Source of the DNA: Candidatus Jordarchaeales archaeon
GTDB lineage: Archaea > Asgardarchaeota > Jordiarchaeia > Jordiarchaeales > Freyrarchaeaceae
Reading direction: 5' to 3'
NCBI GenBank assembly: GCA_038858525.1
Contig: JAWCFL010000010.1
Coordinates: 31,922 to 63,921 of the forward strand
Length of the DNA: 32,000 bases
The notes under the pieces were generated by a model, which was not told the DNA's origin, searched no databases, and was given only the letters and a program-made list of their open reading frames with translations. How positions within the stretch are numbered: the first letter of the stretch is position 1; every line of letters begins with the position of its first letter. Shown piece after piece: positions 1 through 9,596 of the stretch. The position numbers and the translations under genes were made by a program.

Positions 1-1
1 C

Positions 2-193
2 TCCATGCTTCAGGATATAGAAAAGGGCAAAAAAACTGAAATAGACTATATTAATGGTGCGATAGTTGCTTATGGTAAAAGGTACAATGTGAAGACACCC
101 GTAAACTTTACAGTAACCGCAATAATCAAAACATTAGAGACGAAGGCCCATCAAAGGAAAGGCGTGATCTCTAATGAAGCTGAGAGGAATTAG
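2..193 (+). CDS. panE: Ketopantoate reductase (PanE/ApbA), C-terminal part; gene starts upstream of the window
   Basis: SMLQDIEKGKKTEIDYINGAIV...GKRYNVKTPVN matches the KPR C-terminal motif SMxQDxxxGRxTEIDxINGxV. Its stop overlaps the start of mfnA, another CoA-precursor gene. Confidence 0.85.
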   Translation, partial: SMLQDIEKGKKTEIDYINGAIVAYGKRYNVKTPVNFTVTAIIKTLETKAHQRKGVISNEAERN

Positions 194-1370
194 TGCTAAG
201 GAAGTCCTGAGGGAGCTTGAAGAAAGACTAGTATCAGATATGAGCTATCATTCTGGAAGAATATTAGGGAGTATGTGTACTCTTCCGCACCCATTAGCAA
301 GAAAGATATTTTCTAGGTATCTTGAAAAGAATCTAGGTGACCCAGGCCTTTTCCCTGCAACCTTCCAGTTAGAGAGAGAAGTTATCAGCATGCTGGGGGA
401 GCTTTTAGGAAACTCTAACGCTTCAGGAATAATAACGAGCGGGGGAACGGAGGCGAACATTTCTGCAATGCGCATAGCCAGAAACGTTTCACGTAAAAAT
501 GGTAGAAAGGGGAAAACAATAATAGTTCCCGAGTCAGCTCACGCATCATTTGACAAGGCAGCAGACTTGCTTGACGTAAAAATAATTAAAGCTCGACTTG
601 ATGAGGAATACCGGGTTGATGTGGACGACGTCCAAGAAAAAGTGACAAGTGACACGTTCGCTATAGTTGGCATAGCCGGAACAACAGCTCTGGGGACAGT
701 AGACCCGATAGAAGCTCTCTCCGACATAGCAGAAGACAAAGGGATATACTTGCATGTCGATGCTGCATTTGGAGGGTTCGTATTACCCTTCCTAGAGAAG
801 GCTGGATTCAGAGTTCCAAGTTTCGACTTCAGAAACGAGGGCGTATGCTCTATAACAGTGGACCCGCATAAGATGGGAATGGCCCCCATACCTGCTGGAG
901 GATTATTGCTTCGAGACGAAAAGCTCTTTATTGAAAACAGCTTTGAAATACCATACCTAGCAGGGGGAAAATATAACCATCCAATAATACTGGGAACACG
1001 TTCGGGAGCAACTGTCATTGCAACGTGGGCCTTGCTTAATCATCTAGGAGTTGAGGGATACACTAAGATAGTTAAGAGATGCATGAGGAATACTAGGATC
1101 TTAGAGAGGGGAATCCAAAAAATAGACGGCCTAAGATTACCGGTAAAACCAACAATGAACATAATTGGAATTTTATCAGATATTGTCGACGTATGCAAGC
1201 TAGACTTAGAACTTAGAAAAAAAGGCTGGGCTCTAGGCAAGTTTCCAGAATTTCTAAGAATAGTCGTGATGCCGCATGTTAAAAAGAGACATATTATAGA
1301 GTTCTTAAGTGAGCTTGAAAGTGCCGTCCAAATACTTTTGGCGAGCAGAACACTCACAAGCTCAATCTAA
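174..1370 (+). CDS. mfnA: PLP-dependent L-tyrosine/L-aspartate decarboxylase (MfnA family)
   Basis: GRILGSMCT, NLGDPGLFP, TSGGTEAN, HVDAAFGGF and the PLP lysine motif DPHKMG; 398 aa. Confidence 0.92.
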   Translation: MKLRGISAKEVLRELEERLVSDMSYHSGRILGSMCTLPHPLARKIFSRYLEKNLGDPGLFPATFQLEREVISMLGELLGNSNASGIITSGGTEANISAMRIARNVSRKNGRKGKTIIVPESAHASFDKAADLLDVKIIKARLDEEYRVDVDDVQEKVTSDTFAIVGIAGTTALGTVDPIEALSDIAEDKGIYLHVDAAFGGFVLPFLEKAGFRVPSFDFRNEGVCSITVDPHKMGMAPIPAGGLLLRDEKLFIENSFEIPYLAGGKYNHPIILGTRSGATVIATWALLNHLGVEGYTKIVKRCMRNTRILERGIQKIDGLRLPVKPTMNIIGILSDIVDVCKLDLELRKKGWALGKFPEFLRIVVMPHVKKRHIIEFLSELESAVQILLASRTLTSSI

Positions 1371-1398
1371 GAAGAAAGATGAATAAAGAAACAAAAAA

Positions 1399-1935
1399 TT
1401 ACTTTTGGGTTGCAGTCCTATAGATTATCTCTGCTATTTTTTGGAAGGCTTCCTTTACCCCTGCTCCTGTAAAGGCACTTGTTTCGAAGTATGGCAACCC
1501 ACCGAGGCGCATGGCAAGTTCTTCTCCCATTTCATGAGTCACTTTACGGTGCTCCTCTAAATCGATTTTGTTGGCAAGGAGTACACCCGGCACTTCACCG
1601 CATTCCTTCACGAGCTCGTTTTTCCAGTTTACTAAACTGAGGTAGCTTTCAGGCCGGCAGACGTCATAAACATAGATTGCACCTGCAGCACCTCTATAAA
1701 AAGACGAGCGTACTTCTTTAAACTGTGGCTGCCCAGCTAAGTCCCACAATTGAAGTTTAATTATAACGCCATCTACTTCAACATTCTTAACGGCAAAGTT
1801 CGCTCCTATGGTCATTATGTAATCTGACTGAAACTTCTCTTCGGTGTACTTTTTAATCAAGCTGGTTTTTCCTACAGCACCGTCTCCCACAACAACTATC
1901 TTAAAAATGTACTTTGCTTGGCTCAAGTCTAACAC
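1399..1935 (-). CDS. Rab-like small GTPase (Ras superfamily, eukaryotic signature protein); true start may be TTG at 1926
   Basis: G1 GDGAVGKT, switch I YIMTIGANF, G3 WDLAGQ, RabF-like SSFYRGA, G4 NKID, G5 ETSA; no C-terminal prenylation cysteines. Confidence 0.92.
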   Translation of the reverse strand: MLDLSQAKYIFKIVVVGDGAVGKTSLIKKYTEEKFQSDYIMTIGANFAVKNVEVDGVIIKLQLWDLAGQPQFKEVRSSFYRGAAGAIYVYDVCRPESYLSLVNWKNELVKECGEVPGVLLANKIDLEEHRKVTHEMGEELAMRLGGLPYFETSAFTGAGVKEAFQKIAEIIYRTATQK

Positions 1936-2214
1936 CTTGTAACTTTAAAGTGAACCTTAACGTTTTCAGTAAGTAATTGCAAAGAGCGCTAAATAATAAT
2001 TTTCTGGTAAAACTTTTTAAATTTACTGGCAACAAATTATGAAAGCTTATAGATAAGTAGGATAGTGTTCAGAAAAAACGAAGCAAAATTGCCTATAACT
2101 AAATGACAGAACAGAAATGTTGAACATTTATTTTTGATAAAAACCAAATTTTAACAAGAAACATACAGATGTTTTCTATACGTTGTTAGACTTCCTTACT
2201 TTTAGAAGGTTAAC

Positions 2215-3258
2215 TTACTTTATTTTAGTAAGAGCCTTAACGAGCAATCTTATCGTATTTTCTATATCTGACAGGTCGGCTACTTCAACCGGTGAGTGGG
2301 CGTACCGTACGGGAATACAGAGTGGACAGGTTGCCACACCTTCTCTAGCAAGCTGGATTGCCGTAGCGTTAGTTGTCCCCATGACGACACCTATTTGGTA
2401 TGGTATCCCGTTTTCCTCTGCTACTTTAATTAGGAATTCTTTTACTGACCGGTCTGCAACAAACATTCGGTCAGCCGCCCTTATTACGGGACCTTTTCCA
2501 AGAACAACAGACGAGATGAAGGGTTTGACTCCAGGGTAGTCTGCTGCTCCCGTTGTATCGAGGGGAATAGCTATTGTAGGATTCACTCTGAAGGCGACAG
2601 GTTTTGCTCCTCTAAGTCCTCTTTCTTCTTCTACACTAAATGAAAAGAAGATGTCGGCGTTTAGGGGTTCTTTGAGGTTACGTAATTCGTATAACGTCTT
2701 TATTGCCACAGCACAACCTAACTTATCATCAAAGCCGTATCCACAAATGCGTCCTCCAACCAGCTCTTCTAACCCGCCCTCAAAGGATACTGGGTCAGAA
2801 ATGCGGATGCCCACTTCGTAAGCTTCCTCCCTGCTTGATGCACCGATATCTATGAACAAGTCATCAATACTAGGCATCTTTTCGCGTTCTTTCTCTGAGG
2901 TGAAGTGCGGGGGAACAGCTGCAATGACGCCTTTAATTTTCCCCTTCGACGTATGCACTACAACTCTTTGAGCCAATAAAATCCGGTTATCTATTCCTCC
3001 AAGAGTCGTAAAGCGGAGAAAGCCCTTTTCATCGATAGCCTTAATGATTAATCCAACCTCATCCATGTGGGCATCTACAAGAACCCTTTCTTTGCCTCCG
3101 CCTTCGACTCTCGCTACAACGTTTCCCACCCTGTCAACTTCCACTTCGTCGGCAAACTTTTCTATGAGCGACGTTATAACCTCGGAGAACTCATCCTCGA
3201 AACCGGAAACGCTGGAAACAGAAAGAAGCTGCCTAATTAGGGAGGAGGTCTCCATCAA
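2215..3258 (-). CDS. M42 family aminopeptidase (TET/FrvX-like)
   Basis: AHMDEVG, GGID, FDDKLG, VEEERGLRGA, DTT and RYAHSPVE metal-binding motifs. Confidence 0.92.
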   Translation of the reverse strand: MMETSSLIRQLLSVSSVSGFEDEFSEVITSLIEKFADEVEVDRVGNVVARVEGGGKERVLVDAHMDEVGLIIKAIDEKGFLRFTTLGGIDNRILLAQRVVVHTSKGKIKGVIAAVPPHFTSEKEREKMPSIDDLFIDIGASSREEAYEVGIRISDPVSFEGGLEELVGGRICGYGFDDKLGCAVAIKTLYELRNLKEPLNADIFFSFSVEEERGLRGAKPVAFRVNPTIAIPLDTTGAADYPGVKPFISSVVLGKGPVIRAADRMFVADRSVKEFLIKVAEENGIPYQIGVVMGTTNATAIQLAREGVATCPLCIPVRYAHSPVEVADLSDIENTIRLLVKALTKIK

Positions 3259-3353
3259 CCAGGATCAACCCCTGCCACTTGCTATCTACACAAAATTTAA
3301 CATAACTAACCCGTTTAAACTCTTTTGAATAACTGAAGGAAGGAAGAAGCCAG

Positions 3354-3806
3354 ATGGATGAAGTTGTTTTTAAGCCGATAGGCTACGTGAAAGTGATAAA
3401 CGAGAAGGAGGCGGAACTCGTCTTAAAACCAGAACTTAGAGACGCACTAGACGGCATAGATGGGTTTTCTCATGTTTTCGTGATATACTTCACGCATAAA
3501 CTTTCCGGGGCCAAAGTGCCAGATAAAGTTCACCCCAAGAGGGACACGAAACTCCCATTAATAGGTGTGCTGAGTTCGAGGTCTCCTCTAAGACCCAATT
3601 TGATAGGGCTCAGCGTTGTAAAACTAATTGAAAGAAAAGAGAATATTTTGAAAGTAACGGGGCTAGACGCATTGGACGGAACGCCCATACTTGACATTAA
3701 ACCCTACATACCTGAAAGGGACAGTGTACCTGACGCAACCATACCGGAATTCCTTAAACGTGCAGAAGGAAGCAATACAGATACCTTCAAAAAGCAATTG
3801 ACGTGA
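3354..3806 (+). CDS. tsaA: tRNA m6t6A37 methyltransferase (TsaA/TrmO family)
   Basis: KPIGYV, FSHVFVIYFTH, GVLSSRSPLRPNLIGLSVV, GLDALDGTPILDIKPY. Confidence 0.9.
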   Translation: MDEVVFKPIGYVKVINEKEAELVLKPELRDALDGIDGFSHVFVIYFTHKLSGAKVPDKVHPKRDTKLPLIGVLSSRSPLRPNLIGLSVVKLIERKENILKVTGLDALDGTPILDIKPYIPERDSVPDATIPEFLKRAEGSNTDTFKKQLT

Positions 3807-3865
3807 TTTTATTTTAGGATCGAACAGATTTCAATGGTATTTTATCAGACAAGGGAGGTTTTAAG

Positions 3866-5332
3866 TTGGTGGGACGTGAGGAGGCAATAGCTGTTTTTGA
3901 CGTGGGAACAACAGGTGTTCGTGCTTTGTTGTTTAACCTTGAAGGTTCCATCTTGGGAGGAGCTTACGAGGAGTACCCTACTATTTCTGAGCATCCAGGG
4001 CAGTCAGAGCAAGTTCCCGATGTTTGGTGGGAGGCTTCATGTAGGACTATTCAGTCTGCATTGAAGAACGCACATGTTTCTCCATCAGATGTGGTTGCCG
4101 TTAGCGTCTGCACACAGAGGGCGACAATTTTTCCTGTCGATAAGAGTGGGAGACCGCTTTACAGGGCATTAACTTGGATGGATACACGAATGTCTCCTTC
4201 AGCGAAAAAGCTAAAGAAGGTGATAGGGCAAAGAGAAAGCTTGAATAAGGTCCTCTGGATAAAGGACAATGTTCCTTCAGTCTTCGAGCAGACATTTAAG
4301 TTCCTTTTCGTTGACTCCTACTTTTACTTTAAGTTAGCAGGAGTTTTTGTGTCAGATCTTTCCAATGCGTTTTATGGTCCATTTGATGTTGAAAAACTGT
4401 CTTGGAATGAAAAATTAGCTGATGAGGTAGGAGTTCCCCTAGACAAGTGGGTTGAAGTTTACCCGTCGGGAAAGGTTGTCGGCGAGGTGACAGTGGAGGC
4501 TGCAAGGGAAACCCAGCTTAAAGCTGGAACACCGGTAGTCGTTGGTGGGGGAGACCAGCAGTGTTCATGCGTCGGAGTTGGGGCAGTGAGACATGGAATA
4601 GTTAAAGTAACCACTGGAACAGGGACGTTCGTAGATGCACTTATAGATAAGCCGATTTACGACCCGTTCGGCATACTTTTCACGTTACCCCACGTCCTAG
4701 AAGGAAAATGGGTTGTTGAGGGAGTCATTCCGGGGACTGGAAGCATTCTCAGGTGGTTCCGCGACAATTTTGGGCATCTAGAAAAGAAGGTGGCAGAAGA
4801 CGTCGGCGTGGACGCGTACAGCATACTTGAAGACGAGGCGGAAACAGTTAGCCCTGGATCTGACGGGTTGCTTGTAATACCGTTATTCAATTTCGGTAAG
4901 GGCGCTATTTACAATTTGTCTTTTGCACATAGCAGAAGACATATAATCCGAGCGATAATGGAGTGTAACGGGTTTGGAATAAGGGGACTCTTAGATATTA
5001 TTTCGGGAATGGGAATTGCCGTCGAGGAGCTTAGGATAGATGGAGGAGGCGCCAGATCCAAACTTTGGAGGCAAATACAGGCTGACGTAACGGGTAAACG
5101 GATTTCCGTGCCCTGCATTGAGGAAGCTGGAGCGCTTGGGGCGGCGATTCTAGCATCGAAAGGAGTTAAGTTGTTCCCATCTGTAGAGAAAGCGGTAGAG
5201 AGCATGGTTAAAATTTCAGAGGTAAGAGAGCCAAGACACGAGAACAAGAGGGTCTATGACGAAATGCACCCTGTCTTCATGAAGCTCCTGCTTTCTAGCT
5301 ACTCCGAGATTACAGGGCAAAGTCAAAACTGA
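3866..5332 (+). CDS. FGGY-family carbohydrate kinase (xylulokinase/glycerol-kinase-like)
   Basis: DVGTTGVR, TQRATI, WMDTR, GGGDQQ, TTGTG, DGGGARS..W.QI.ADV, EAGALGAA; TTG start with a GGAGG SD. Confidence 0.9.
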   Translation: MVGREEAIAVFDVGTTGVRALLFNLEGSILGGAYEEYPTISEHPGQSEQVPDVWWEASCRTIQSALKNAHVSPSDVVAVSVCTQRATIFPVDKSGRPLYRALTWMDTRMSPSAKKLKKVIGQRESLNKVLWIKDNVPSVFEQTFKFLFVDSYFYFKLAGVFVSDLSNAFYGPFDVEKLSWNEKLADEVGVPLDKWVEVYPSGKVVGEVTVEAARETQLKAGTPVVVGGGDQQCSCVGVGAVRHGIVKVTTGTGTFVDALIDKPIYDPFGILFTLPHVLEGKWVVEGVIPGTGSILRWFRDNFGHLEKKVAEDVGVDAYSILEDEAETVSPGSDGLLVIPLFNFGKGAIYNLSFAHSRRHIIRAIMECNGFGIRGLLDIISGMGIAVEELRIDGGGARSKLWRQIQADVTGKRISVPCIEEAGALGAAILASKGVKLFPSVEKAVESMVKISEVREPRHENKRVYDEMHPVFMKLLLSSYSEITGQSQN

Positions 5333-5387
5333 GAGCAGAAATAATGGAAAAATGGTAAAATATTGTTGTTAAATAAGGATTTTTGAG

Positions 5388-7031
5388 ATGGTGGTCATGG
5401 AGGATTACGATGTTATAGTTATTGGTGGAGGATCAACGGGTACCAGTGTTGCGAGAGACTGCGCTATGCGTGGCTTTAGAACCATTCTCTTCGAGAGAGG
5501 CGACCTTGCGTCGGGCGCTACGGGTGCATGCGCTGGCATGATTAGTGGAGGAACAAAGTATGTGCTCCAGGAGCCGGAGTTCTCGGAGATGTGCACAAGG
5601 GAAGTTGTAACGCTCTCCCGGATAGCTGGGCACATAGTTTTCAGGACACCCATAATAACGGCAATATTGACTGAGGAGGAAATTAAGCTTAGGGCTAGCT
5701 TCGTTGAGAAGTACGGTGCGTTAACAGAGAAGAGGCAGGCAAGCCCGATTCTGATTTTATCTCCTCAAGAGGCTAGGAGCCTTGAGCCCAAATTGAGCAA
5801 TAATATTATTCTGGCAGCTTATTTTGACGAGATGTTCATTGATCCATTTAGGCTGACTGTTCTCACAGCCCTCTCCGCTAAGCAACACGGGGCAGAGATA
5901 AGAACGTACACTGAGGTCGTCGATGTTCTTCATAGGGACGGAGAAGTTTATGGAGTTAGGGTTAAGGATAGGTTAACCGGCAGGGATGAAGAGATAAGAG
6001 GCAGAATTGTAGTTAATGCCGCTGGAGCGTGGGTTCCGGAAATCTCGAGAATAGTGGGAATCAAGCAGACGTTAAGGCTTAACAAGGGGGCGCATGTCGT
6101 CTTCGATAGGAGAATTACGAGGTTCGGGATAATATGCCGAGCATTAGATGGGAGAACAGTATACTTATTCCCCCACGAGACCGGGTCAATTTTGGGCACG
6201 ACCGCAATAGACATATTCACTAGCCCGGATGAAGCTGAAGCGACTTATGATGAGATCGAGTACTTGATTTCAAGTATGGAGATGGCTGTGCCGTCAGTGA
6301 GAGATGCACGCATAGTCAGAGTCATGTGTGGAGTTAGACCGCTAATAGCTCAATGGTGGGTGCCTGAGGGGGATGTAACAAGAAATTTCAGGGTGATTGA
6401 CCATGAGGAACGTGACGGTGTTAGGGGTCTGGTAAGCGTTGAAGGGGGAAAACTTGTTGTCTGCCGAGCTATGGCCGAGAAAATAACTGACCTGGTTTGC
6501 GAGAAGCTTGGAAGAGAAGCCGAGTGCAGAACTCACCTAGAGCCTCTGCCGGGGGCAGACGGAAAAGTTAACGTGGAAGAGATAGCTTCAAGGTATCACT
6601 TTTCACCGCACACTGCTGGGCGGCTTATCTCAAGGCAAGGCACTTTATCCAGTATTGTCCTATCGGAAGCAAGTAACGAAAGAAGTCTCCTTTCAAGTGT
6701 TTGTCTATGCGAGGCTGTTACTGAGGCTGAGCTACGACACGTCATAAGGAACGAGTGGGGGGTGACTCTAGACGCCCTGAGGAGACGAACTAGGATGGGT
6801 ATGGGTCCATGCCAAGGATTCTCCTGCGGATTTAAAGCTATGGCGATTCTAGCTGAGGAGAGGGGGATGGGAGTTGAAGAGGCTTTTAGAGAGCTTGAAA
6901 GGTTTCTAGCCGAAAGATGGAGAGGGCACATTGTTGTTTTAAGGGGAAGCCAGCTCAGCGAGTATGAGATGACGCAGGCGGCTTATGCCTGTGTTGGGTC
7001 AATCGACATGAAAGTCGGTGAGGAGGAGTGA
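5388..7031 (+). CDS. glpA: Anaerobic glycerol-3-phosphate dehydrogenase subunit A (FAD, C-terminal BFD-like Fe-S domain)
   Basis: IGGGSTG..ARD.AMRG, GATG, NAAGAW, GVRPL, GGKL, and C-terminal CLCE...RTRMGMGPCQGFSC. Confidence 0.9.
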   Translation: MVVMEDYDVIVIGGGSTGTSVARDCAMRGFRTILFERGDLASGATGACAGMISGGTKYVLQEPEFSEMCTREVVTLSRIAGHIVFRTPIITAILTEEEIKLRASFVEKYGALTEKRQASPILILSPQEARSLEPKLSNNIILAAYFDEMFIDPFRLTVLTALSAKQHGAEIRTYTEVVDVLHRDGEVYGVRVKDRLTGRDEEIRGRIVVNAAGAWVPEISRIVGIKQTLRLNKGAHVVFDRRITRFGIICRALDGRTVYLFPHETGSILGTTAIDIFTSPDEAEATYDEIEYLISSMEMAVPSVRDARIVRVMCGVRPLIAQWWVPEGDVTRNFRVIDHEERDGVRGLVSVEGGKLVVCRAMAEKITDLVCEKLGREAECRTHLEPLPGADGKVNVEEIASRYHFSPHTAGRLISRQGTLSSIVLSEASNERSLLSSVCLCEAVTEAELRHVIRNEWGVTLDALRRRTRMGMGPCQGFSCGFKAMAILAEERGMGVEEAFRELERFLAERWRGHIVVLRGSQLSEYEMTQAAYACVGSIDMKVGEEE

Positions 7032-8361
7032 AAAATTGATTGAGACAGAGATCCTCGTTATAGGTGGCGGAGTGGCTGGGCTACTAGCCGCAACCAAAGC
7101 TACAGACGAAAAATTGGAAGTGACGGTCATCGACAAGGGTTCAGGAGCCAGTTATCAGTCGTCTGGAGTAATTGACGTTATGGGGTGCCCTCTGGGAGAA
7201 GCCACCTTAAAACCCATTGAGGGGATCGCTCAGGTAATCGAGTGTTCGCCGTCGCATCCATACTCTGTTATTTCGAGTGAGAGGAACGTAACTAACGTTA
7301 TTAAGGACGCTATCAGATATCTAACGAGCATGGCTTCTAATCGTGGAGTCGAATTTAAAGGAGAAATTGAGAGAAACGTTGTTCTTCTAAATACCATTGG
7401 TAGTTTTAAGTTAACCTGTTTTTACCAATCAACGATGGACAGGGGAGTATTGCATAAATTGGAGGGGGCATCGTTACTCGTCACAGGCTTTAAGGGCTTA
7501 GTTGGATTTAACGCGCGCTTTTGCTCCTCTAGCTTCAAGCACTTCGCATCAAAATTTAACATTGAGCTAAGAAAGACGTCTAGTACTGAACTTTCGCTTC
7601 CAAGTTTAAGAGAATTCAACTTGACAATTATAGAATTAGCAAGAATGATGGATGAAGATGATTTCAGGAAAGATTTGGCTAAAAAACTGGAAACTGAAAT
7701 AGCCGTAAATGACGTCTCACATGTAGCTCTCCCAACACTTGGACTAAAGAAGCCCTACGAAAACATGAGGATATTTGAGGAGGAGACGGGTACTAGCGTA
7801 TTTGAACTTGTTTCGCCACCCCCATCGGTACCAGCCCAGAGACTAATGGAGGCGCTTGAAGAGGAAGCTATTGAAAGAGGCGTAAGAATTTTTAGAGGCT
7901 ACAAAGCGGTTGGGTTTGAAGGGGAAGGAAGAAGCATTAAGAGCGTTACACTCGCGTCAGGAGAGAAGCGTTTTCCTGCAAAAGCTAAAGCCTACATTTT
8001 GGCTACGGGAAAATTCATCGGAGGAGGAATAGTAGAGGAAAGAGACAAAGTAAAGGAGACTGTGTTCAACTTGCCCTTATACGATGAAAAAGGGGAGCCG
8101 CTCAAGAGACAAAATATTTCGCGGCTTCTCGCTAAGTCTCCCTTTCCACGAGAAGGACACCCCCTCATGGGGTGCGGAGTGAAAGTTAACGCCCAGATGA
8201 AGCCTGTGGTGAATGATGAAGTCGCATATGATAATCTTTTTGCTGCAGGATCAATAATTTCAGGCTACAATTACGTGAGGGAGAAAAGCGGTATGGGCGT
8301 CGCGGCAGTTACAGGCTACATAGCGGGGATGAACGCGGCAACACATGTAGAAGGCGGGTGA
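7018..8361 (+). CDS. glpB: Anaerobic glycerol-3-phosphate dehydrogenase subunit B; start may be TTG at 7036
   Basis: IGGGVAG, GASYQSSGVIDV, PPSVPAQRL, LATGKFIGGG, NLFAAGS, SGMGVA; directly follows glpA. Confidence 0.88.
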   Translation: MRRSEKLIETEILVIGGGVAGLLAATKATDEKLEVTVIDKGSGASYQSSGVIDVMGCPLGEATLKPIEGIAQVIECSPSHPYSVISSERNVTNVIKDAIRYLTSMASNRGVEFKGEIERNVVLLNTIGSFKLTCFYQSTMDRGVLHKLEGASLLVTGFKGLVGFNARFCSSSFKHFASKFNIELRKTSSTELSLPSLREFNLTIIELARMMDEDDFRKDLAKKLETEIAVNDVSHVALPTLGLKKPYENMRIFEEETGTSVFELVSPPPSVPAQRLMEALEEEAIERGVRIFRGYKAVGFEGEGRSIKSVTLASGEKRFPAKAKAYILATGKFIGGGIVEERDKVKETVFNLPLYDEKGEPLKRQNISRLLAKSPFPREGHPLMGCGVKVNAQMKPVVNDEVAYDNLFAAGSIISGYNYVREKSGMGVAAVTGYIAGMNAATHVEGG

Positions 8362-9584
8362 GTTCTATGAGGAGGAAGGAGCTTGAACATATAGACAAGG
8401 TTCTCGCCGAGGAAAAAATAGTAGTTTTTTCTCCTTATGAGGATGAAATTTATAGTGAAATAGAAAAATGCCAGAATTGCTCTTTGTGCCTTACGTTTTG
8501 CCCCGTCTTCGAAGCTACAGGCGAGTTTTACCCTGGACCGCGGGGGATAGCTGACGAACTTTCTAGAGATGTAAGAGAATTCTGGAGGGCGAGTAGTATA
8601 GTCTACATGTGCACTTTATGTGGCCGCTGCCAGGAAAGGTGCCCAGTTAACGTCCCAATACCTGAAGTAGTCATGCTTCTCAGGTCGAAAATATTCGTTC
8701 AGAGACCTGACCTTGTGCCAGAGGGACTTAAAGTTCTCCTAGAAAACGTTTCAAGGTACGGCTACATTTTTGAGCCCATGAATCCTGAGGAAAGGGAGGA
8801 AAGTCTTAGGGGGAGACTGGAAAGGATCGGTTTACCTTTAAGAGGCGATCCGCCTCTTAGGAGTGGACTGGTAGCTTACTTTCCGGGCTGTCAGGCTGAA
8901 ACTAGGTTGCTTGAAGTTAAAGAGGCTGGGAAACTTGTTCTAGAAGCCTTCGACGTGGATTATGGGATCCCTGAAAAGTGGAAATGTTGCGGTCTTCCTG
9001 TAAGGTTGATTGGTGACTCAGCAATGGCTGACGAGCTTCAGCGTAGCTTTCTCGAAGAAATGGAGAGAATGAACGTGACTGATGTTGTTGTTACTTGCGC
9101 GGGGTGCGCTTCGGAGTTAAAATCGGCAACTAAGCGGCTGGGTTCAGGCATCCGTGTAAGGCACCTAGTTGAGCTTCTTTTCGAAGAAGTAGGTGTTGAG
9201 ACTATAAGCAGGAAAGCTCGTGTTAGCGACAAAGTTAAAGTTACGCTTCATGAGCCTTGCCATTTAAGCAGACACATTGGAAGGTATACTATCGATTACG
9301 CGGAGGAAATACTCAGGGCTTTGCCGAATGTTGATTACGTCGGCATGCGGGGGGCTGACGAGTGTTGCGGCGCTGGGGGACTTCTTAAGTTTCACAATCC
9401 ATTCGTTTCTGCAACTATAAGGAACAAAAAACTTGAGAAAATTTCAAGATCTGGAGCTGAGGTTGTGGTGGCTCCATGCCCTCTTTGCTCGGTCAACATA
9501 TCCGAGGGGGCCGCTAGAAAAAGGGTTAGTGTTGGAGTGGATGACCTTGCAGTCTTCCTAGCTAGAAGGATATACTCGGAGTAG
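8358..9584 (+). CDS. glpC: GlpC-like Fe-S subunit (2x[4Fe-4S] plus two CCG domains)
   Basis: CQNCSLCLTFCP, CTLCGRCQERCP, YFPGC, CCG, HEPCH, CCGAGG, CPLC; 4-nt overlap with glpB. Confidence 0.8.
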   Translation: MSSMRRKELEHIDKVLAEEKIVVFSPYEDEIYSEIEKCQNCSLCLTFCPVFEATGEFYPGPRGIADELSRDVREFWRASSIVYMCTLCGRCQERCPVNVPIPEVVMLLRSKIFVQRPDLVPEGLKVLLENVSRYGYIFEPMNPEEREESLRGRLERIGLPLRGDPPLRSGLVAYFPGCQAETRLLEVKEAGKLVLEAFDVDYGIPEKWKCCGLPVRLIGDSAMADELQRSFLEEMERMNVTDVVVTCAGCASELKSATKRLGSGIRVRHLVELLFEEVGVETISRKARVSDKVKVTLHEPCHLSRHIGRYTIDYAEEILRALPNVDYVGMRGADECCGAGGLLKFHNPFVSATIRNKKLEKISRSGAEVVVAPCPLCSVNISEGAARKRVSVGVDDLAVFLARRIYSE

Positions 9585-9596
9585 GAGGTTTAAGTT

